Assembly: GCA_951406725.2 (NCBI GenBank)
Contig: OX597833.1
Location: 1,426,001-1,490,000, forward strand
DNA: 64,000 nt
Source of the DNA: Octopus vulgaris
Lineage: Eukaryota
Reading direction: 5' to 3'
Part shown: piece by piece, positions 28,064 through 41,469 of the stretch
Layout: every line of letters begins with the position of its first letter
How positions within the stretch are numbered: position 1 is the first letter of the stretch
Notes under the pieces: model-generated
What the model saw: the letters and a program-made list of their open reading frames with translations, nothing else
Told to the model about the DNA's origin: nothing
Databases searched by the model: none
Program-made: the position numbers and the translations under genes

Positions 28064-28440
28064 AGGCGCAGGAGTGGCTGTGTGGTAAGTAGCTTGCTAA
28101 CCAACCACATGGTTCCGGGTTCAGTCCCACTGCGTGGCATCTTGGGCAAGTGTCTTCTGCTATAGCCCCGGGCCGACCAATGCCTTCTGAGTGGATTTGG
28201 TAGACGGAAACGGAAAGAAGTCTGTCGTATATATGTATATATATATATGTATGTGTGTGTGTGTCTGTGTTTGTCCCCCGAGCATTGCTTGACAACCGAT
28301 GCTGGTGTGTTTACGTCCCCGTAACTTAGCGGTTCGGCAAAAGAGACCGATAGAATAAGTACTGGGCTTACAAAGAATAAGTCCCGGTGACGATTTGCTC
28401 GACTAAAGGTGGTGCTCCAGCATGAAACAAGTAAAGGAAA
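28064..28440 (+). mobile_element. SINE family A
   Basis: Near-identical to 825-1240. Confidence 0.92.
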
Positions 28441-28449
28441 GGAAAAGGA

Positions 28450-28526
<77 letters not shown>

Positions 28527-28610
28527 ATTCGAGACAAAACCACTATTTTAAAACCAAACAAGGAAAGACTTAATCAATACATAAAATTTTAATATAAATT
28601 AAATAAACCG

Positions 28611-28654
28611 CCACTACAAATGTTTCATGTCTGCTACCGACAATCTTCAGGTGG
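28611..28654 (-). ncRNA. Minimal type I hammerhead ribozyme, canonical core
   Basis: CCAC-CTGAAGA-T-TGTC ggtagca GACA-T-GAAA-C attt G-TA-GTGG. Confidence 0.75.
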
Positions 28655-28685
28655 ATTTTCGATCTTCTAATCAGTATATATATAT

Positions 28686-28982
28686 ACTCTTTTATTTGTG
28701 CCAGTTATTTGACTGCCGTCATGCTGGAGCACAGCCTTTAGTTGAACAGATCGATCCTTGGCCTTATTCTTTGTAAGCCTAGAACTTTTCTATATGTGTC
28801 TTTTGCGGAAAAGCAAAGTTACGAGGAAATAAACACACCACCATCGATTGTCAAGCGATAGTGGGGTGACCAACACAGACACACACAGGTACACAGTAAC
28901 ACACACACACACACAGTGGCACGGAACCCGGAACCATGTTGTTGATAAGCAAGCTACTTACCACAGAGCCACGCCAGAGCCT
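28686..28982 (-). mobile_element. SINE family A, diverged and deleted
   Basis: Head and tail match family A, middle missing. Confidence 0.75.
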
Positions 28983-29140
28983 ATATATATTCTTTTATTT
29001 GTTTCAGTCATTTGACACCGGCCATGCGGTCGCACCACCTTTTCTCGAACAAATCGACCACAGGACTTATTCTATCGGTTATCAATCGATGGTGGGAGAC
29101 AAACACAGACACACAAACACAGACACAAGCACACACACGC

Positions 29141-29184
<44 letters not shown>

Positions 29185-29768
29185 AATATGTATGTATGCC
29201 CATTCTTACAACGCAGTATATTACGATTTTTCCCGCCCTCTTGTTTTGTCTTTTACGCTTTTCAAGAATTTTCCCTGGAGTAATAAAATTGATTGAAAAG
29301 AATCCGTTAAACTGGTGGTTTGGAAATGTCATATTCAGGGAACACTCACGAATTATGAGCAATAAAACATTACACGCAGTTAAATCTGATAGAGAAGCTA
29401 TCAGACCTCAACAAGTAATGATATATGATGTGAAGTTAGCATTCATTTTTTCTTGCGTAGTCTTGTGTTGTGAATAAAGTCAATACTTTAAGGCGTACAA
29501 AGCGATATACAGACCAATGCATACATACATAAATACATACTCACATGCAATATATAAAAAGAGAGAGAGAGAGGGGGGAGAGAGAGAGAGATAGGCTTAG
29601 AGAGGCGCGTAAATGAAGAAATACACATACATTCAAATACAAAATCCGCCATGTCCCGCCCGCGCGTTTATTGTTTTTGTATATGGGCAATTTGACTAAT
29701 TGTATTATATACATATCTGTATACACACAGAGGCATATATGTATGTGTGCACATACATACACATACAC

Positions 29769-29836
<68 letters not shown>

Positions 29837-29870
29837 ATATATATTTATAAATATATAAACATATATATAT

Positions 29871-30000
<130 letters not shown>

Positions 30001-30514
30001 TGAGTGTTATATATGTGCCATTGGGAATGTATTGTGAACGTGCAAGATGGCAACCGTCTTTTTTTTGTCTTTGTTTACCATTTTACCTGTTAGTGCTGTC
30101 AAAGGCAATTCGACCTGGCTGCCTTTTTTTTTCTTTTCGGCTCACAGTTTATTTATATTAATCCGGGCGTTTGATCTTTTGGGAGGTACGAAAATACTTA
30201 AAGAGAAACGTCTCTCAATAAACCAGGAATTACAGTCAAAATACATTGCTGTCAAAATTAGTTGCTCCCTAACTCTCTTTTCAATTACCTGAAGAGATTT
30301 TTATGAATTTTGACACGCGATTGCTTGCAAACTTTAGAAATATTCTTAGATGGTTCTTCGTCAGTTGCAGCAATTGGACAATACTTTTAAACTCCGCTTA
30401 ACATATGTCGCGTGTTGTTTCAAATTCTGTGACATTAAAACAGGTAAAATCTGGTCTTCACTCCCCTGTTACTAAATGAGATTGTTAATCTCTTCCTACG
30501 TATATTTCCTCGAG

Positions 30515-30693
30515 CTATGAGGATCGGTGTAATTTTGGAATCTGAATGCTTCCTCGGACAGGTGTGCATCTTAGTATGTGTAGCCCTGTTCACCCACCAG
30601 AGAAGGACAATGTCTCTACCGTATGTTCCTCAAATATATATAGGCCCTTGACAAATGCCGTCGTCTTTCTTCACGACGATTCTTTGAGGGTAT
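30515..30693 (-). repeat. Right arm of long-range inverted repeat
   Basis: Reverse complement of 27342-27519. Confidence 0.9.
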
Positions 30694-31159
30694 TCCGTTA
30701 TATTTCAGCCTTCCATAGATGCCTTTGGCATTCCATAGAGGCATTACTCTGGGTGTTCTATTTCTATACTTTCATCTTCTACCTTTTTTCGGTTTTCAGT
30801 CAGTTAACTGCCGTAAAGCTGTCGCACTGCTCTCAAGTGTCTACTCAAAAGAGTCCACTCAAAAGAGTCCACTCAATTACTTTTCTACCGACCTCACTTT
30901 TATCAAACGGCTACGTTACCAGGGCTTAAACACAGCAACACTAGTTATAGAGCGGGGGTGGGGACAAAAAGACCGCAGACGCACATAAAGATAAATGTGT
31001 ATGTACACACATACACACATATATACACACACATACACGTACACATATATATATATATATTTTAATAAATATATGTATATATATGTATATATATATATAT
31101 ATACATATATATGTATATATATACATACACACACACATACACGCACATATATATGTATA

Positions 31160-31571
31160 CTCTTACTCTTTACTCTCTTACTTGTTTCAGTCATTTGACT
31201 GCGGCCATGCTGGAGCACCGCCTTTAGTCGAGCAAATCGACCCCGGGACTTATTCTTTGTAAGCTCAGTACTTATTCTATCGGTCTCTTTTGCCGAACCG
31301 CTAAGTGACGGGGACGTAAACACACCAGCATCGGTTGTCAAGCAATGCTAGGGGGACAAACACACTCACACAAACACACACACGCATATATATATATACA
31401 TATATACAACAGGCTTCTTTCAGTTTCCGTCTACCAAATCCACTCACAAGGCATTGGTCGGCCCGGGGCTATAGCAGAAGACACTTGCTCAAGATGCCAC
31501 GCAGTGGGAGTGAACCTGGAACCATGTGGTTGGCTAGCAAGCTACTTACCACACAGCCATTCCTGCGCCTG
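31160..31571 (-). mobile_element. SINE family A, full length
   Basis: Reverse complement of the family A consensus. Confidence 0.92.
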
Positions 31572-31889
31572 TATATGTAATATATATGTTTGGAGAGATA
31601 GCTTGTTTATCCAGGTGGATAGCGTACTAGCTCTCAATTATGTTCCAGTTAACGGCTAACCACGACGATCGTTATCTAATGCCTGAGAGTACATTTAGTT
31701 GCTAGTCTCTCCGTGAATTCTTTCAATGGGTAATTCCGTCCCCTCGTCGCTGGACAGTAAACATTGTCTGAGGTGTGTATAAATATTAATAACAAACATT
31801 AAGGAGATTTATGCATGCACAAAATTTAATTTTAAAGTTATACACAGCATATTTTAATGACCATCCTAGAAGGATGACCCAAATGGATG

Positions 31890-31963
31890 GATCCTGATGA
31901 ACAATATCACAAGGTTGCATTTGCAACAGTGATTAGTCGCTGCAGCGGAAACACGTGTCGGTC
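31890..31963 (+). ncRNA. Type I hammerhead ribozyme, canonical core, branched stem II
   Basis: GATC-CTGATGA-(ATCAC..GTTGCA tt TGCAAC..GTGAT; CGCTGCAGCG)-GAAA-CACGTG-TC-GGTC, with stem III palindrome ACACGTGT. Confidence 0.7.
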
Positions 31964-32026
31964 ATTATAATACGCTGTATATAACTATAAAAGTAATTTG
32001 TGGATGTACACGTCTCCATACTCTTA

Positions 32027-32083
<57 letters not shown>

Positions 32084-32140
32084 GTTATTATTATTATGAT
32101 TATTATTATTATTACTAATAAACACAAACACACAGACACA

Positions 32141-32213
<73 letters not shown>

Positions 32214-32299
32214 AAAGTTTACGAAAATAAACAAAAGACGAAGTCAGGTAGAGTACAAACAAACAGATGTATTAGTATAGCGCTCAGGAATAGAAAAAG

Positions 32300-32337
32300 T
32301 ATTTTACGTTTCGAGCTTACGCTCTTCTACAGAAAGG
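32300..32337 (-). ncRNA. Hammerhead-like motif (A6U family, copy 3; element about 32210-32395)
   Basis: CTTT-CTGTAGA-A-GAGC gtaa GCTC-GAAA-CG-TA-AAATA. Confidence 0.55.
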
Positions 32338-32971
32338 TATACAAAAAAAAGCAAGGAGAGAAATAAGGAGAGATAAAAATGCCTGTAGAAGCTATATATA
32401 TACGTACGTATACATCAACGTATGTATACGAGAGGTTTCTTCTAGTTTTCGTCTACCAAACCAGTTCTCATGTCTCAGGCTGGCCTGTGGCTAAAGTATA
32501 CCACACTAGTCCAAGGTGCTGCGTAACAGAACTGAACCCTACACCACTTGATTGATAAGCAATTCTTTTACCCACACAGCCGCGTCCTCACGCAGTTTTT
32601 TGTTTTATATAACATGAAAAATAAATCAATTAAACATAAAAATATATTCTAAGGAAACTAATCTATTTTCTGTGATAAATCCGAGGTTACAAGTGAATCC
32701 ATTCCATGAATTCGTGATGGATGTGATTTGAGTTGTTGCTTTTTCTAAAATGGCCGTTTTTATTTTAGAGTCCGTTATCTGCGCTAGCATGATATCGGCA
32801 TCCGGCGGGTAAGTACATGGTGACATGCCACTGGAGAGGATTGCTACGTAATATGTATTTACAGGTACAAGTGCAAAGGGAAACGTATGGGCCCATACAT
32901 GCACACCAAGTCAGAAAAGAATGTATGCGCATATATGTGAATATGTACATTATATACACACGCACACACAC

Positions 32972-33027
<56 letters not shown>

Positions 33028-33082
33028 TGTATGTATGTATAGATATAAATTCACATATATATCCATTTGCATGCATGAATGT

Positions 33083-33251
<169 letters not shown>

Positions 33252-33526
33252 CCATTTGTATGCATGAATGTAGGTATTAATATATATATATACCTACATG
33301 CATGCATACAAATGGATATTTATATAAATATCTATATATATATATATATATCTGTGTGTACAGTATCTATGTGTATGTCTGTGTGTCTGTATATATATAA
33401 TATATATGCACGTATCTACGTATATGTATATGTATATACATATACATATATATGCATATATATATATACATATATATATATATACGTATACATATAAATA
33501 TATACACACATAAAGACAGACACATG

Positions 33527-33573
<47 letters not shown>

Positions 33574-34014
33574 ACACCTAAAAGACATACAAACATACAT
33601 CTCATGAATACACAATTACACATCATTTTACACTGCCACACACACACACACACACACATACACACACACACACATACCAAATCTACTCAATTTTTCTCTC
33701 CTTCGCCATTCCTACACAAGCTGTTACATCTCCATTTGTCGTTGTATCGCGTTTCACATTCATTACATTCGCTGTTTTGCTGTCGTCGTATCTTGTTATT
33801 GTCGTCGTTCCTGTTATTGTTAGTCCTGATCGTCATCATCGTCATCATCATCATCATCACCACCATCATGAAGGTGGAACACTGGCCGAATAGTTAGCAC
33901 CTCGGCGAAATTTGAACTCAAAAAGTGAAGTCGGACGAAATTACGCTACGCATTTCGCCCGGCGCGTTAACGATTCTACCAGCTCACAGCCTTAATAAAA
34001 AAAAAAAAAACTAA

Positions 34015-34059
<45 letters not shown>

Positions 34060-34078
34060 TAATAATAATAATAATAAT

Positions 34079-34258
34079 ATGACTGTCCCAAACGATATAA
34101 ACGTATCTGTCAAGACCTACCAAAAAACTGAGCAAATATAAATTAGCAAAATATAGAACATAAAAACTAAAACAATACCTATTGTCATAAGTGCCCTAGG
34201 AATGATAGCAAAATGGGCTGATTGCTACCTGGCACAGGTACCAGGGAACACCAAAATG
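34079..34258 (+). pseudogene. Fragment of an R4/Dong LINE REL-endonuclease C-terminus next to (AAT)n
   Basis: Reads TVPNDINVSVKTYQK..SKY..KTKTIPIVISALGMIAK across frameshifts, homologous to 53844-54068. Confidence 0.75.
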
Positions 34259-34367
34259 AAAGGCAAAGTCGACCTCGGCGGAATTTGAACTTAGAACATA
34301 ACGGCAGACGAAATACTTCTATGCACTTCGCCCGGCGTGCTATCGCTTCTGCCAGCTCGCCGCCTTA
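34255..34367 (-). mobile_element. SINE family B, 5' part
   Basis: Ends GCCAGCTCGCCGCCTT. Confidence 0.85.
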
Positions 34368-34419
34368 AGTTTCTATTAGCCTCCGTTACCGTTTCTGACA
34401 TATAAAATTCTTCAATGCA

Positions 34420-34617
34420 TTGTTGTTATTATTGTTGTTGTCGATGATGTTGTTGCTATTGTTGTTGTTGTTGTCCTTCCTTACGTTTATTGCAGTTTAT
34501 CAGGGAAGACGGTGAAGATGACGCAGATGATGATGATGATGCTGATGATGATGATGATGATGATGCTGCTGATGATGATGATGCTGATGATACTGATGAT
34601 GATGATGATGAGGATGC

Positions 34618-34658
<41 letters not shown>

Positions 34659-35423
34659 ATGCCACTGATGATGTTATGGCAATGATGAGGATAATGATAA
34701 TGATAATGGTGGTGGTGGAGTTGAGGATAACGACCATGCAGTCGTCGCTGAGGAAGGAAAAGAAGAGGAGGGAATGAAGGACGGGGGTGGTGGTGTTCGG
34801 GATAAGGGGGTGGATGATAAAAACGGTCCTGATGCTGTTGATTATGGAGTTATTGAAAATAGTGACCTTGCCGTTGGTTGCTAATGACGACGACGACAAC
34901 GACAACGAATAAGACGATGACGATGAGGAGGAGGAGGATGATGATGATGATGATGTGGGAGAGGTGGAGAAGGAATAAGGTTGAGGGGGAGGACGATGAA
35001 GATGATGGCGAAGAGTATGCCGCCGAGAACGATGACAACGATGATGATGAAGAAGATGCTGACGATGGCGGTAAGAGTGATGATGATGGTGATGATGATT
35101 ATAACGATGTCAGTGGCAGTAGTCATGGTGGTGATAATGATGATTATAATGATGATGATGATAGTGATAGTGTTGGAGGGAGGTTCGCTTATTGTAATAA
35201 CGTTCAGGGTGGCTTACTTTACCGTTGGAGTTGTTGTTGTTGTTGTTGGTGGTGACGGTGGTAGTCGTAGACCTGTTACATATAATGTTGATCGTGGTGG
35301 TGGTGGTTGAGGTTGAGGTGGTGGTGGTGGTGGTGGTGGTTGAGGTGGTGGTGAAGTTCATGATAGTGGTGGAGGTGTTGGTTGTGATGCTGGTAGTGGT
35401 GCTGATTCTGTGGATGTCGGTTG

Positions 35424-35455
<32 letters not shown>

Positions 35456-35500
35456 ATAGTTGTGGTGGTGGTAGTAGTAGTGGTGATGGTGTTGCTGGTA
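34420..35500. repeat. Degenerate (GAT)/(GGT)/(GTT) trinucleotide region
   Basis: Low-complexity triplets. Confidence 0.9.
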
Positions 35501-35998
35501 GATCTGCAGTTGAATGTGCAGGGTTGGTCGGTTTCGAGTTGTTTGCTGTGCTTGTTTTTGTAGCAATAATTAGGCAGAAAACAATGGCGAGGACGCACAG
35601 ACAGAGAAAGAGACAAGAGAGAAGGGAAGCCGGAAAGAGAGAAAGAATGATTGAGAGAGAGAGAGAGAGACTATAGCAGGTAGGGAGGGATTTGAGAAGA
35701 TACGAAATGAAGGATTCTTAAGAGATATAATTAGACATGTTCTTAGGAAGAACTGATAGGCAGACAGACAGACAGACAAGCAGACAGACTGAAAGATGAA
35801 CAGGAGAAAAATTAATTAAAACATACATACATACACACACATGTATATACTTCTGTGTATTTGCGTATGTGCTTATTTATGAAAACACGCATATACATAC
35901 AGAAAGGTTTTTTTTTAAGTCAACATCTGCCGATTATCAATGAAAAGACGTATCTATATATTCGAGATATTAGTTTCGTTTTCCTGTATGCATCACCA

Positions 35999-36076
<78 letters not shown>

Positions 36077-36102
36077 TAGATAGATAGATAGATAGATAGA
36101 TC

Positions 36103-36154
<52 letters not shown>

Positions 36155-36364
36155 TATAGATATATAGATAGATAGATTGATTGATAGATAGATTCAGATG
36201 AATTTGGTACTTAAGTTGAGGCACCAGAATTTAGTATGGTATTATCCATACAATTTGAAAGTAAGGTGATTAAAATCAAAATAAGTGACAAGGATATCCA
36301 GAAGTAATGCAGTACGATCGTTTCATGCAACTCCATTTAACAGAACATTGCAATCATTGATAGC

Positions 36365-36447
<83 letters not shown>

Positions 36448-36856
36448 GTTAGGCTGCTAGGCTTATGTATCGATGATTGGAATATGTAACGGTAAGTACT
36501 GGTTTATATATGTCCTGTGTACAGATGAATAATTTGTATTTCAAGAGACACATTAGCATCTGTGCAGAAGTGTCTATTTTGTTCACAAGCTGGAATTTGT
36601 TATGATTGTGCTTGCTCCCTGCTTTAAGACAACCTTACTCTCTCTAGCTGAAACTGAAGGGAACATACATACAGATATATATGCATCCAAATATATATGC
36701 ATATATACAAACATGCATACGTACAAACAAGCATGCATACATACCAATATACAGCCATACATACAGACGGACAAACATACATGCTTACATAATTACATCA
36801 GAGATACCTACCTACCTAACTACGTATTTATTTATGTCTATATGAATATATATCTG

Positions 36857-36914
<58 letters not shown>

Positions 36915-37043
36915 TCCAAAACTACCGTCTCGGTTATATCCTTGCAGCCCTATAATCCGTTACAGCACTTACCTAGCGTACCTAATCGTTTAGATCACTT
37001 GTGAACTAAACCCCATACGTTGTATATACATACACATGTGTAT

Positions 37044-37150
<107 letters not shown>

Positions 37151-37251
37151 TATAACGGGAAGGTTTACGAAAATAAACAAAATACGAAGGCAGGTGGAGT
37201 ACAAACAAACAAATGTATTAGTATAGCGCTCAGGAATAGAAATAGAAAGAG

Positions 37252-37289
37252 CATTTTACGTTTCGAGCCTACGCTCTTCGACAGAAAGA
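37252..37289 (-). ncRNA. Hammerhead-like motif (A6U family, copy 4; element about 37156-37357)
   Basis: TCTTT-CTGTCGA-A-GAGC gtag GCTC-GAAA-CG-TA-AAATG. Confidence 0.58.
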
Positions 37290-37356
37290 TACACAGAAAA
37301 AAACAAGGGGAGAAACAAGGAGAGAAAAAAATGCGTGTAGGAGCTAACGATCTATC

Positions 37357-37387
<31 letters not shown>

Positions 37388-37450
37388 CGTACTTATATAT
37401 ATACATATATACATGTATGTATATACAGGTATATTATATATATATGTATG

Positions 37451-37506
<56 letters not shown>

Positions 37507-37706
37507 AGAGAGAGAGAGAGAGATAAATAGATAGATAGATATATGCGCAGCGCATGCGTGTTTGTGAGCGTCTTTGTGTGGTTATGAATGTATTGATATA
37601 TATGTAGGTATCTTGATAGACAGACAGACATAAATGGATAGCTATGCTTACGTAACTGCATACATACACATACATATAAACATACATACACACATACATA
37701 CATACA

Positions 37707-37738
<32 letters not shown>

Positions 37739-38219
37739 CAACCAAGGGTTTACACACACACACACATGCTCACACATTAGCCTTCATAAATATGCATAGT
37801 AACTGAATATAAACGTAAAATTATGCACACACAAAAAAGAAAAGAGGCCGGTCTGAGCTCTCGCTCTCCGTCTCTTCCTCTCTCTCTGACATAAGCATAC
37901 TCATACCCACATACAGGCTCATGGACACGATCGCAGACAGAGTCACGACCGACCCACGCGTATATAATTGCTGCGAAGTTGTTGAAATAATGTTGCGCTT
38001 ACCAACGTTCCTTCATTAAGCTTGTCTTAAGCTTTTGTTTCTCTCTCGATATATTTTTAATGACTAATCAGTAATATTCCTGTAGTAGTATGTTAGCCTA
38101 CGATTACAAAATACTGCAGCAGATGAGAGAAAAAAAAAAATAATAATAATAATAAAGAAGACAATTGAAGGAGAAACGTGAAGCTAATGACTGTAATGGC
38201 GAAGAGGGAGAAAGAAAGA

Positions 38220-38722
38220 GGGAAGAAGAAGAGGAAGAAGAAGGAGAAGGAGAAGAAGGAGAAGGAGAAGGAGAAGGAGGAGAAGAAGACGAAGAAGAAG
38301 GAGGAGGAGGAGAAGAAGAAGAAGGAGAAGGAGAAGGAGAAGAAGAAGAAAAAGGAGAAGAAGAGGAAGAAGAAGAAGAAGGAGAAGTAGAAGAGAAAGA
38401 AGAAGAGGAAGAAGAAGGAGAAGTAGAAGAGAAAGAAGAAGAGGAAGAAGAAGAAGAAAAAGAAGAAGAAAAAGAAGAAGAAGAAGAAGACGAAGAAGAA
38501 GAAGAAGAAGAAGAAGAAGAAGAAGATGAAGAAAAAGAAGAAGAAGAAGAAGAAGAAGATGAGGATGAAGAGAAAGAAGAAGAACAAGAAGAGGAAGAAG
38601 TAGAAGAAGAAGAAGGGGAGGAGGAAGAGAAAGAAGAACAAGAGAAAGAAGAAGAAGAACAAGAAGAAGAAGAACAACAACAACAACAAGAAGAACAAGA
38701 AGAAGAAGAAGAAGAAAAAGAA
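38220..38722. repeat. (GAA/GGA)n polypurine array
   Basis: Directly visible. Confidence 0.97.
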
Positions 38723-39117
38723 ACGAATGGAGACTGGTTTGCAGGAGGATATGCAATAACATTCTTTATAAACAAAAGAAAAATCTAAGATGATGAAGGA
38801 CCGATTCTTAATGGATGTCACGTGTGTCTGGACCCGGATATGGAGGCATGCAGAGACAGACAGTTGTAATGAGGACCCGGCATTCAAGAGAGGATCTCAT
38901 TCATACGCTCACGTATCGGCCTCGATGTAGATGCGCAGTGACTATATGCTTAACGTGAACTTAAGCAAGCGTAGCTGTTCCCCTCTCTGTAATGCCCTCA
39001 TGGCAAATTTTCATGAAATAAAGTAGCTTGCCCAACAACCACATGGTTTCTGGTTCAGCCCCACTGCGTAGCACCTTGTAAGTGGATTTGGTAGACGGAA
39101 ACTGAAAGAAGCCCTTC

Positions 39118-39149
<32 letters not shown>

Positions 39150-39152
<3 letters not shown>

Positions 39153-39790
39153 ATTTTTTCTAGAATTTTTTCTAGAATTTTTTTGCTACCCTTATATTTA
39201 TTAATTAATGATTTTTTGGCTAATTTTGAAATTAAATTAAATAGTCTTTGACTATCTTTCCTTTCTCACTGGACTGCTGGTAGCGGAGAATTTTTTCTAG
39301 AATTTTTTTGCTACCCTTATATTTATTAATTAATGATGTTTTGGTTAATTTTGAAATTAAATCAGCAGTTTGTATTTGCTGCTGAGAAGACCGCGCAATT
39401 GCGGTAGATTTTGAAAATTTATAGCATATAGACTTGAGGCTTCCTTACCATCGCCTCGTGGGTATATACTCGTCCTAGGCTTCTTTGCTGACGAGGCACG
39501 CCAGTTGTAAATAAATTTAATTTAATTTAATTAATTTGTTTACTAAAGTTTGCCGAAACTATGCATAGTCCAGAGATGAAAGGGGTAAACATTTTTATTT
39601 CTCTTTCAATTTCAGAATTACAACTATTAGCAGTTTGAGTTTGGCTGCTCTTTCTAGTGAGTCGAATGTCCTATTATGACAATTCCTTATATCTTTGAAT
39701 GTATATTATATAGTCTTTCTCACTGGACCGCTGGTAGCGGAGAATGTTTTCTAGAATTTTTTTGCTACCCGTATATTTATTAATTATATA
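39150..39790 (+). mobile_element. Partial-tandem pLTR/retrozyme-like element (family H1)
   Basis: Direct repeat CTTTCTCACTGGA..GCTGGTAGCGGAGAAT..GCTACCC at 39261 and 39715 (period 454 bp) with a central HHR. Confidence 0.75.
39482..39576 (+). ncRNA. Type I hammerhead ribozyme, intact canonical core
   Basis: TCTTTG-CTGACGA-GGCA..(GTAAATAAATT/AATTTGTTTAC)..TGCC-GAAA-CTATGCATAG-TC-CAGAGA, with 12-nt palindrome ACTATGCATAGT and a GUC site at 39568-39570. Confidence 0.85.
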
Positions 39791-40261
39791 TATATATATA
39801 TATACATATGCATGCGTGTGTATTTGTGTTTCCACGCCACCGCTTGACGATCTGTGCTGATGTGATTGCATCTCCGTCAACTAGCGGTTCAGCAAAAGAG
39901 ACCGATTGAAGAAGTACCACGTTTGAAAAAGAAATACTGGGGTGAGGGTGTCAATTCATTTTATTAAAAGTTCAAGGCGGTGACCCAGCATGGCCGCAGT
40001 TTCATGACTGAAATAAATAAAAGATGAAACAAAAATAAAAAGATTAAGGGCCGACAAAAAAAAGGAAGTGAGACAGATCTGAACTCTGTCCAAATTTGTT
40101 TGTCTGTCTCTCCCCCTCTCTGTCTCAATCCTCCCTCTCTCTTTGACTCTGTTTGATCCCCCACCACTACCACCACACACACACCATGCAACTCCCTCAC
40201 TCACAAGCAGAGCTGTAAATTTATTTAGAGTTTGGCTGTTTGTGATTGAAGTTAGCAAATT

Positions 40262-40512
40262 TAAGTTAATTTAAAGAAGACCAATGTGTTAAAGGAGCTA
40301 CTCTTTGAAGTTTATTAGATATCTATAAGCCAATGAATATCCAAATATGGTTATCTCGATGCAAGAAAAGCCGATGTACACACACACACACACATACACA
40401 CACACACTCATACACATACACACACATATATATATATAAACTGTAAGGCCTATCTATAAATGCTCTAATATCTACACAGCCTTGGTTTTTTTATCTTATC
40501 ACGCAAAAAATT

Positions 40513-40580
<68 letters not shown>

Positions 40581-40703
40581 GGCTTTTCTTGCGTTGAGAT
40601 AACCATATTTGGATATTCATTGGTGAATATCTAGGCTTAGGGATATCTAATAAAATTCAAAGAGTAGCTCCCTTAAGACCGTGCTTTTCTTTAAATTAAC
40701 TTA
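40262..40703. mobile_element. Foldback/MITE-like element with about 120-bp inverted arms around CA/TA repeats
   Basis: 40262-40379 is the imperfect reverse complement of 40575-40703 (e.g. GAATATCCAAATATGGTTATCTC / GAGATAACCATATTTGGATATTC). Confidence 0.75.
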
Positions 40704-40754
40704 TATGTAAAAACATACCTTAGGAATGAGAACCCAGGTTCGAAATTTCCCCAA

Positions 40755-40800
40755 GACACCCGATGAAGGCTGGAGGGTATATCAGCCGAATCGTTGTGTT
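40755..40800 (+). ncRNA. Degenerate minimal hammerhead motif
   Basis: GACAC-CCGATGA-A-GGCTG gagggtatat CAGCC-GAAT-CG-TT-GTGTT, two core changes (U4C, A15.1U). Confidence 0.55.
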
Positions 40801-41352
40801 AACAAGTAACAAGGTGAGGACAAATATCCGTCAAATGTAAATAATGTAAAGGATATAAATAATGTAAATAATGTACATAATTCCTCATCTCTTAAATATA
40901 GAACTGTCTTATCCTTATGAAACTTTTGAATTGGGTCGTTGACTGCAAACGTCTTCGTTGCGACCTGAAAAGAAATATGTGTTGATTGCTGACATCAGGA
41001 ATGCGAGTTCCTAGAAATTTTGACGGTGCGCATAGGGAAATATTTGCAATTGTTATAAGTTTACAAACTGAGGAAACTTATATTATTTTTCTAGAAGGAC
41101 TGATGAAGATATTTCTGAAAACAAACACTCCTTCAAGCATTAAATATTTTTCATCGCGTATATATATATATATATTTGTGATTTAGCTCAGGCCTCAGGC
41201 TTTCCAAGTTTCAGCGTTTTCCGTTAAATGCTCTCTCCCCCTTTTCTCTCCATCTCTCTATCTCTGCTGCGAGGAAGGCTCCAGCATCCTAGCTTTATAT
41301 GTATATCAGTGTGTATATACATTATATACACACTAATATATATCATGCATAC

Positions 41353-41405
<53 letters not shown>

Positions 41406-41469
41406 TGTGTTTTATGAGTTTGTGTATTTGTGCGTGCGTGCATGAGTGCGCACATGCGTATCCGTGTGT

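Noticed and set aside
37960-38000. TATA-like promoter (CGCGTATATAATTG)
   Set aside because: TATA-like strings are ubiquitous here and no downstream gene is supported
38093-38887. Glu-rich, Phe-rich and Leu-rich ORFs
   Set aside because: They come from the (GAA)n tract, with no splice or domain evidence
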